Assembly: GCF_009914755.1 (NCBI RefSeq)
Contig: NC_060932.1
DNA length: 64,000 nt
Source of the DNA: the human T2T-CHM13v2.0 reference genome, Homo sapiens
Direction: 5' to 3' (one strand)
The notes under the pieces: generated by a model
The model's database searches: none
Told to the model about the DNA's origin: nothing
What the model saw: the letters and a program-made list of their open reading frames with translations, nothing else
In this document: piece by piece, positions 55,693 through 64,000 of the stretch
How the letters are laid out: each line of letters begins with the position of its first letter
Position numbering within the stretch: the first letter of the stretch is position 1
Position numbers and translations under genes: made by a program

Positions 55693-58600
55693 TTTTTTAA
55701 ATTTACTTTATTTCAATAGTTTTTGGGGAATAGATGATTTTTGGTTACATGGGTAAGTTCTTTGATAGTGATTTCTGAGATTTTGGTGCACCCATCACCT
55801 GAGCAGTGTACGCTCTACCCAATGTGTAGTCTTTTAGCCCTCACCCCTACCGCCCTTTCCCCCACGTCCCCAAAGTCCATTACATCATTCTTACACTTTT
55901 TGTCCTCATAGCTTAGCTCCCACTTATGAATGAGAACATACAATATCTAGTTTCCATTCCTAAGTTACTTCACTTAGTATAATGGTCTCCAACTCCATCC
56001 AGATTTCTGTGAATGCCATTATTTTGGTCATCTTTACGGCTGAGCAGTATTCCGTGGTAAATATATATAACCACATTTTCCTTATCTACTCATTGGTTGA
56101 TGGGCATTTAGGCTGGTTCCATATTTCTGCAAAATTGAGAATTGTGCTGCTATAAACACACGAGTGCAAGTGTCTTTTTCATATAATAACTTCTTTTCCT
56201 CTGAGTAGATACCTAGAAGTGGGATTCCTTAATCAAATGGTAGCTCTACTTTTAATTCTTTAAGGAATCTCTATACTGTTTTCCATAGTGGTTGTAATAG
56301 TTTACATTCCCATCAGCAGCGTAAAAGTATTCCCTTTTCACCACATCCATGCTAAGATCTATTATTTTTTGATTTTTTAATTTTGGCCATTCTTGCTGGA
56401 GTAGCCTGCAAGAGGTGGTATCTCATTGCAATTTTAATTTGCATTTCCCTGATAATTAGTAATGTTGAACATTTTATCATGTTTGTTGGCCATTTGTATA
56501 TCTTCTTTTGAGAATTGTCTATTCGTGTCCTTTGCCCACTTTTTGATGGAATTGTTTTCTTCTTGCTGATTTGAGTTCCTTGTAGACTCTGGATATTAGT
56601 CTCTTGTTGGATGCATAGTTTACAAATATTTTATCTGCTTACTCTGCTGATTATTTCTTTTGTTGTGCAGAGGCTTTTTAGTTTAATTAGGTTCCATCTA
56701 TTTATTTTTGTTTTTGTTGCATTTGCTTTTGGGTTCTTGGTCATTAAGTCTTTGCCTAAGCCAATGTCTAGAAGAGATTTTCTGATGTTATCTTCTAGAG
56801 TTTTTAGGGTTTCAGGTCTTAGATTTAAGTCTTTGATCCATCTTTAGTTGATTTTTGTATAAGGTGAAAAATGAGGATTCAGTTTCATTTTTCTACATGT
56901 GGCTTGCCAATTATCCCAGAACCATTTGTTGAATAGGGTATCCTTTTCCCACTTTGTTTTTGTTTGCTTTGCCTGAGATCAGTTGGCTGTTAGTATTTAG
57001 CTTTATTTCTGGGTTCTCTATTCTGTTCCATTGGTCTACATGCCCATTTTTATGCCACCACTATGCTGTTTTGGTAACTAGAGCCTTGTTGTATAGTTTA
57101 AAGTCAGACAATGTGATGTCTCCAGATTGGTTCTTTTTGTTTAATTTTGCTTTGGCTTTGTGGGCATTTTTTTTTTTAATTTTTGGCTCCATGTGAATTT
57201 TAGGAATTGTTTTTACTAGTTATGTGAATAATAATGATGGTATTTTGATGCAAATTGCATTGAATTTTTATATTACTTTTGACAGTATAGTCATTTTCAC
57301 AATATTGATTCTACCCATCCATGAGCATGGGATGTGTTTCCATTTGTTTCTGTCACCTATGATTTCTTTCTGCAGTGTTTTATAGTTTTTCTTGTAGAAA
57401 TCTTCCACCTTCTTGGTTGGGTATACTCCTAAGTACTTTTTTTTTTCCTTCAGCTGTTATGAAAGGTATTGAGTTTTTGACTTGATTCTCAGCTTGGTTG
57501 TTGTTGGTGTATAGCAGTGCTACTGATTTGTGGACATTGATTTTGTATCCTGAAACTTTACTGAATTCATTTATCAAATCTAGGAGCTTTTTAGATAAAT
57601 CTTTAGGGTTTTCTAGGTATATGATCATATCATCAGTGAACAGTGATAATTTGACTTACCCTTTACTGATTAGGATGCCTTTTATTTATTTCTCTTGTCT
57701 GATCACTCTGCCTATGATTTCCAGTACTATGTTGAATAGAAGTGGTGAAAGTGGTCATCCTTGTCTTGCTCAGTTCTCAGAGGGAATGCTTTCAATTTAT
57801 CCCCATTTAGTATGTTGGCTGTGGGCTTGTCATAGATAGCTTTTATTACCTTGAGGTATGTATGTCCCTTATATGCCAATTTTGCTGAGGGGTTTTTATC
57901 ATAAAGGGATGCTGGATTTTGTCAAATTTTTTTTTGCATCTGTTAAGGTAACTGTGAGATTTTTGTTTTTAATTCTGTTTATGTGATGTATCACATTTAT
58001 TGACTTGCATAGGTTAAACCATCCCTGCATCCTTGATATGAAACCCACTTGATCATGCTGTATTATCTTTTTGATATGCTGTTGGATTTGGTTAGCTAGT
58101 ATTTTGTTGAAGATTTTTGCATCTATGTTCATCAGGGGTATTGGTTTGTAGTTTTCTTTTCTGTTATGTTCTTTCCTGGTTTGGGTATTAGGGTGATGCT
58201 GGCTTCATAGAATGATTTAGGGAGAATTCCCTCTTTCTCTATCTTTTGGAATAGTTTCAGCAGGATTGGTACCAGTTCTTCTTTGAATGTCTGATAGAAT
58301 TCAGCTGTTAATCCATGTGGTCCGGAACTTTTTTTTGTTGGCAATTTGTCTTATTACTGTTCAATCTTGCTACTTGTTATTGTTCAGAGTTTCTATTTCT
58401 TCTTGATTTAATCTAGGAGGGTTGTATATTTTCAGGAATTTATTGATGTCCTCTAGATTTCCTAGTATGTGTGCATGAAGGTATTAATAATAGCCTTGTG
58501 TATTAGTCTGTTATTGTGTGCTAATAAAGACATATCCAAGACTGGGTAATTTATAAAGGAAAGAGGATTAATTGACTTACAGTTCAGCGTGGTTGGGAAG

Positions 58601-61285
58601 GCCTCAGGAAATGTACAATCTTCGTGGAAGGGGAAGCAATCATGTCCTCCTTCACACAGCAGCAGCAAAAAGGAGTGCAGAGTGAAGGTTGGGGGAAGCC
58701 TCTTATAAAGCCACCAGATCTCATGAAAACTCACTCACTATCACAAGAACAGCATGGAGGTAACTTCCCCCATGATCCAGTTACCTCCCACCGGGTCCCT
58801 CCCATATCACCTGTCAATTCTGGGAAATACAATTCAAGATGAGAGTTGGGTGGGGACACAGCCAAATCATATCACCTTGAATGATCTTTTGTATTTCTGT
58901 GGTAACAGTTGTAATTGTAATATCTCCCATTTCATTTCTAACCAAGCTTATATGGATCTTCTCTTCTTTTCTTGGTTAATCTCACTAATGGTCCATGCAT
59001 TTTGTCATGATTTGCTAGTTGGTTGGTCTCCAAAACGTAACCAGCTTTTTGTTTCATTTGTTGTTTGTATTTTTTTGTTTGTCCCAATTTCATTTAGTTC
59101 TGCTCTGATCCTTGTTATTTCTTTTATTCTGCTGGGTTTGGGTTTGGTTTGTTATGGGTTTTCTAGTTCCTTAGTGTGTGACCTTAGATTGTCTATTTGT
59201 GTTCTTTCAGATTTTTTGATGTAGGCATTTAATGCTCTGAACTTTCCTCTTAGCACCACGTTTGCCATATCCCAGAGGTTTCAGTAAGTTGTGTCACTAT
59301 TATTCAGTTCAAGAGATTTTAAAATTTCCATCTTGATTTAATTGTTGACCCAAAGATCATTCAAGAGCAGATTATTTAATTTCCATATATTTGTATACTT
59401 TTGAGTGTTGCTTTTGGAGTTAATTTCCAGTTTCATTCCACTATGGTCTGAGGGGATATTTGTTTATAGGTGCCTTCACACTGGATTCCTGTGGAGAAGG
59501 CCCCAGCTGTGTCTGCCATGGAGTGCCAGAGGAGAATAAGGACCCCTTCTCCAAGGCCCTTCACATTCACAGAGGCTGCCTGCCTGTTGGAGTATAGGTG
59601 CAGACTTTCCCTACTGCTTCCAGCACTACAATTGTGTCTCTGCTGTTAGAAACTACCCACCAGTGGAAATATCTGGAACCCAGGGCCTGCTGTTCCGATT
59701 CTCTTGTCCCACAGGGTGATCCCTTGAGGTGGTGCTCTCACCCTTCCCCTATGGATGGGGCTTCCTGAGAGCCAGACTGCAGTGATTGTTATTGCTTTTC
59801 TGGGTATAGCCATCCAGCGGGGCTACCAGGCTCCAGGCTGGTGTTGGGGATTGTCTGCAAAGAGTCCTGTGATGTGATCTAATCCATCTTCAGGTCTTTC
59901 AACCATAAATACCAGCACCTGCTCTGGTGGTGGTGAGAGGGGAGTGAAGTAGATTCTGTGAGAATCCTTGATGGTAGATATGTTTATGGTGCTGGCTTTC
60001 TTAACTGCTATTTATGCTAGCAGTGAAGTTGTCACATGGACAGACTCAGGACCTCTGGTTAGCAAGGATGTTGCAGGCAGTGGTATTAGCTGCTGTTTTC
60101 TCCTTCCTGGGGGCATGGCTATTCTGTCATGAGTTGCTGTAATGGCCTGGGTTGGTGGGCCTACAGCCAGAAGGTGGCACTTGCAAGAGAGCACCAGCTG
60201 TGGTATTAGCAGTGGGATATAAGCTTGCCCTAAGTTGGCCAAGAAAGGTATTCTGGTTTCTCAGGTGATGGGCAGAGCCATAAAGCTCTCAAGAGTGTAT
60301 GACTCTTGTGTCAGCTACCAGGGCAGGTAGAGAAATACCATCAGGTTGGGGCAGGGTTAGACAGGTCTAAGCTCAGACTCCCCTTGGGCTGGACTTGCCA
60401 TGGCCACTGTGGAGGATGGGGGAATAGTTCTCATGCCAATGAGGTTATGTTCCAGAGAGGATTATGTCTGCCTCTGCCGTGCCATGTAGTTCACCAGAGA
60501 AGTGAGGGATAGCTGGTAGCAAGAGATCTCACCCAGCTCCCACTCAGTTGGTAAGGCCGGTCTCACTCCCACAGTGCCCCACTCATAGCACTGAATTGAG
60601 ATCCAGGTAGCCTGCACGGCTGGCGGGCAGAACTCAGGCCTTGTCCCAGGTTATGGGCTTCCCTGCTGGGCAAGCAAGCTCTGCTTTCAGGCCTCACCTC
60701 TCCCCCATCTGCCCACAGTGTTGGCTGTGGCTCCAGTCCCTACCTGAAGCAGTTCTTGTTTCGTCCCCCACTCCCCCCCACCAACTAGTGCCCAGTGAAA
60801 ATTATTGTAAAATTTAGTTTGAAGTTTCTTATACCCTCTGACCCCTCCCTAATTCCACTGCCTTCCTTCCCCAAGGGCCCCTGCGAGATACAGTCAGGAT
60901 GGCTTCCCTGGGCTCCAGCTGGAGAATGGGAGTGCCTATAAGCACTGCTGCTTACTTTTATATTTCATCCATTTCAGCTCCAGGTAAGGTTAAAACATTC
61001 TGCTGTGATCTGGATTTTCAGATTTCCCAGTGGGGATGTGTGTTCGGAGGCATCTTCTCCCCACGCTCACATTTTGGGAGCTCTCAGTTTTTCACTTGTC
61101 TCATGGAATTTGCAGTGGCATGCAGCTTCTTTCAAAGGATCTGTGAATTCTTCTGGTTTTCCCAGTATGTTCCTGTGCTGGTTCTTGGAGCAAAGGTTTG
61201 CAGTGTGACTCCCCACACACTGATCTGTCCATCCAAGTGGGAGCTAGCTGCACATTAGCCCTGTCTCCTATCCACCGTCTGTTCC
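55693..61285 (-). mobile_element. L1PB1-like LINE retaining 5'UTR and most of ORF2, with an internal deletion
   Basis: 3' end tttcaatagtttttgggg...gagattttggtgcacccatcacc. RT remnants [10 protein letters not shown] and [24 protein letters not shown]-richer 5'UTR at about 59465-61285. Confidence 0.9.
58499..58874 (-). mobile_element. THE1 (B/C-like) solo LTR inside L1PB
   Basis: tgtattagtc...gctaataaagacata ... gggtggggacacagccaaatcatatca; perfect TSD ccttg. Confidence 0.93.
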
Positions 61286-61289
61286 CAGG

Positions 61290-61483
61290 ATCTGCATTCG
61301 TTGTTTACAAAGTGATTTGTGGACTAAAAAGATTGCAGTGAAGTTTGTGCTTCATTTAATCTTTCACAGCTAACACACCATGGTTACTAAAATTTGAACT
61401 GTGTTGTTAAGGCACTGGTATTATTTAATTAAACATGATCATTGAAATCCATGTATCTCAGCACTGTGCAAAATGAGGACTGT
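61290..61483 (-). mobile_element. Tigger6-like DNA transposon, right part
   Basis: Ends actgtgcaaaatgaggactg, the inverted counterpart of ttttgcacagt at about 54855. Confidence 0.65.
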
Positions 61484-61484
61484 G

Positions 61485-62600
61485 GGTACATTGGTTGTCC
61501 AGTTTGCCTTGGAGGACAGATGACCTAAGGTATAGATTGGTAGTGATCCTTAGGCACAATTTGGACACACAGAGACTCAGAAGGAAGGATTTTTGCATAT
61601 TAGAGATTTGGGGAAGGTTTATGTGGATAGCCCCTTCAAAATAGGCCCAGGGTGAAAGAATAATATGTGTGAATGTTCACTGAAGCTCCCCTCTGTAGAA
61701 CAGTCTCTCAGTAACAGGAAAAGGATGATTCATCCCATGTACATTAAGTCATTCTTATTCCCAGTCTCCCTAATGATTGATCAGTAGATTCATGAACAAT
61801 GTGGTCACAAAAGCAGAAATGTATTTTATGCAACATAAGTTGCTCTCACCAAGGCTGGTCAGATTGTTCCTTCTTCTGGGTAGTCAATATTCTGTAGAAA
61901 CCAGCATCAAATCCCTGGAGGTCCAGCTAGCTATCTGGTAGAATGCTGATTATATTGCAACCCTACCTTCATGAAAGAAACCATGATTTGTCTTTATGAA
62001 ATAGATACTTAGGCATTTGGGTTTGCCTCACCTCACCACCCAAGACTTCTGATGAATATAACATGCATAACTTCTCCTGTTAGAGTTTTCTGCATGACAT
62101 ACCTTGAGCAAGACACCCATCTTTCAGCAAAAGAAGTGGGCCAGTGGGCTGATCCTCGTGGAGCTCACTATTCTAACCATGTAGCTCACTACCCACATAA
62201 AACAAGATTTATCAAATAAATAATTATGGTGCCAGCTAGTGGTTACGACCTTACAAGGTTGGGACGCAGCATAAACTCTGACGAGGGACTGATATGAGAT
62301 GCTACTTCTCCCACTGTTATAACACATGGGTCTGGAAATCAAGGGGTTGATATAGATGTGACATCTTCCATTATTATACCTTATTAACCACTTGCAAAAA
62401 TTCATTCCTGTTTCCAAAATTCTGTGTTTTGCTGGTTGGAGAATTTAGCACCCAAAGAATTGCTTTCACAAGGGGACATAGCAACCATTGCATTGAATTG
62501 GGAGCTGAGACCGATCCCTTGCCATTTGGGGCTTCTTATGCTACTTGACAAATAGAAAGAAAAGGATATCCCACTGCTGCCTGGGTGATTGATCCAGATC
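61485..62600 (+). mobile_element. ERVL internal fossil, continued (RNase H, integrase, dUTPase)
   Basis: Decayed WG..MWI and .VN.H motifs; dUTPase-like cattgaattgggagctgaga..gccatttggggcttctt (LNW.LR...HFGLL) and gggtgattgatccagat (GVIDPD). Confidence 0.7.
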
Positions 62601-62746
62601 AAGTATCTGCAATTGTTTTTTTATAAAAGGACAGATAGTGGAATGTTTTGTGGCTCTGTAGGCCATATGTTCTCTGTCACGATGGCTGCTGTTGTGATCT
62701 GAAAGCAACCACGATTAATACTTAAATGAACAGGCATGGCCATGTC
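62600..62746 (+). mobile_element. MER58A-like hAT MITE, partial
   Basis: taaaaggacagatagt...gtaggccatatgttctctgtcac...gaaagcaaccac...aatgaacaggcatggc. Confidence 0.7.
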
Positions 62747-63489
62747 TTTTCCAGATAGGATCAAGGAACAGAATCAGAAAATGAAAGGGTCTCTCCCTCC
62801 TTCTGAGTCAGCCTCATTTAATCATATGAGTGTAGGAGTAGACATCCCTTCAAATTATCTGCATTTCTGCATAGGCCAATAAAACAAGAATTCCTATCTC
62901 CTCAGATGAATTGGGAAGAAATGTTCTACCATTTATTTACCCATTCTTCATTCATACTTCTCTCCAAAGCTTGAGGAATGTCTGAGCACTGTGCATGTGA
63001 ATGTCAGCTCCATCTGTCCTCTTTCTGTCTTTCAGGGAGTTTCATACCTGTACATTCCTCCAAACACATGCTTTTCTGCTCTGGTCTCTTGTCCGTAGAA
63101 ATTTAGAGAGAGTCTCAGAACTTGCAAGGGCAGGTAGTTGTGAAGGTGAGGAAGTCTGCAATTTTGCAGCTGCTTTTGTCTGCAACTTTGGGTAAACTCA
63201 GCTTCTCCTTTAATATCACTAGTTTGTATGTACCCATTTCTGTTTTATTCCCTGATTTCTCTCTCTTAAACCTCTGCCACATTCCAGGCTAACCAAGAAC
63301 AAACTTAAGACTCCTCAAATGATAGTTATCTATAATACCTAAAGTGTCTTGCCATTCTAAATAATAATTGTTTATATAATTTATAAATCTCAAGATCAGG
63401 AACATCCTTTAGAGCAAGAATGAGAGAAAACAAATTTCCCATGTAATAAGAAGATCAGGAATTCTGGCAGGCCAGAAACCGAATAACAA

Positions 63490-63735
63490 TTGTTTTGGTT
63501 TTTATTCATTGTCCTAGCCAATGAGCCTGAGCACTTTAGATGTATTATTTCATTTAATTCTTACAACAACCTTACAAATTAAATATTACATTCTCACTTT
63601 AGATGAAAATTGAGTAACCAGAGATGTTAAGTAATTTAGTATTGTTCACAGAAACTAGTAAGCAGCAAAACCAGAATTTAAACATGGATGTCTTTGACTC
63701 CCAAGCCCATTCTCTTAATCACTGTGCCATATTAG
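63490..63735 (-). mobile_element. MIR SINE
   Basis: tcatttaattcttacaacaacctt...tttagatgaaaattgag...tctttgactcc...ctcttaatcactgtgcc. Confidence 0.8.
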
Positions 63736-64000
63736 TAATTAGCCAGAAGGGAAAGTGTAAATGTAAGCCATGATGTTTTTTGTCTATCTCCTTTCCCAAG
63801 ACAGGAAATACTTCAAAGTAGCAGAAACTATCCAAGAAGATAGTTTGTTTGTGGCCATTCCTAAATGAGGATGGAAGATTCTGGTGATCAAACATCTTCT
63901 GCTTTATAGAAACATAAACCCAGGAATATTTAAATCATTCCTTACCAGGGATACAGTTCCTGGCTTTACACAGTACAGTGATCCATTCATGGCTAGCATA

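Overview
This is 64 kb of AT-rich primate genomic DNA, most likely human given an Alu carrying all five AluYa5 diagnostic positions. It is intergenic or deep intronic. No protein-coding gene, RNA gene or CpG island is supportable: every listed ORF is a repeat remnant (Alu, L1 ORF2, Tigger transposase, MaLR), low-complexity sequence or a short chance ORF. Much of the window is recognisable transposon debris: Alus, L1PA/L1PB/L1M, L2, MIR, MaLR and MLT2 LTRs, an ERVL pol-dUTPase fossil, Tigger1, Tigger6, MER5 and MER58. I found no new biological system. The most notable signals are structural: (1) a probable L1 3'-transduction inside Tigger1; (2) an L1 with an inverted 5'UTR piece, a ~4 kb gap and no TSD; (3) a Tigger1 end rebuilt by template switching; (4) a 71-bp local templated insertion; (5) an unexplained 23-bp inverted-repeat foldback; (6) a young AluYa5; (7) a ~590-bp pyrimidine tract; (8) a multi-layer transposon nest; (9) a good CTCF motif; (10) weak hints of a plus-strand spliced non-coding transcript. 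Subfamily calls come from recalled consensus sequences, and boundaries of old repeats are approximate.
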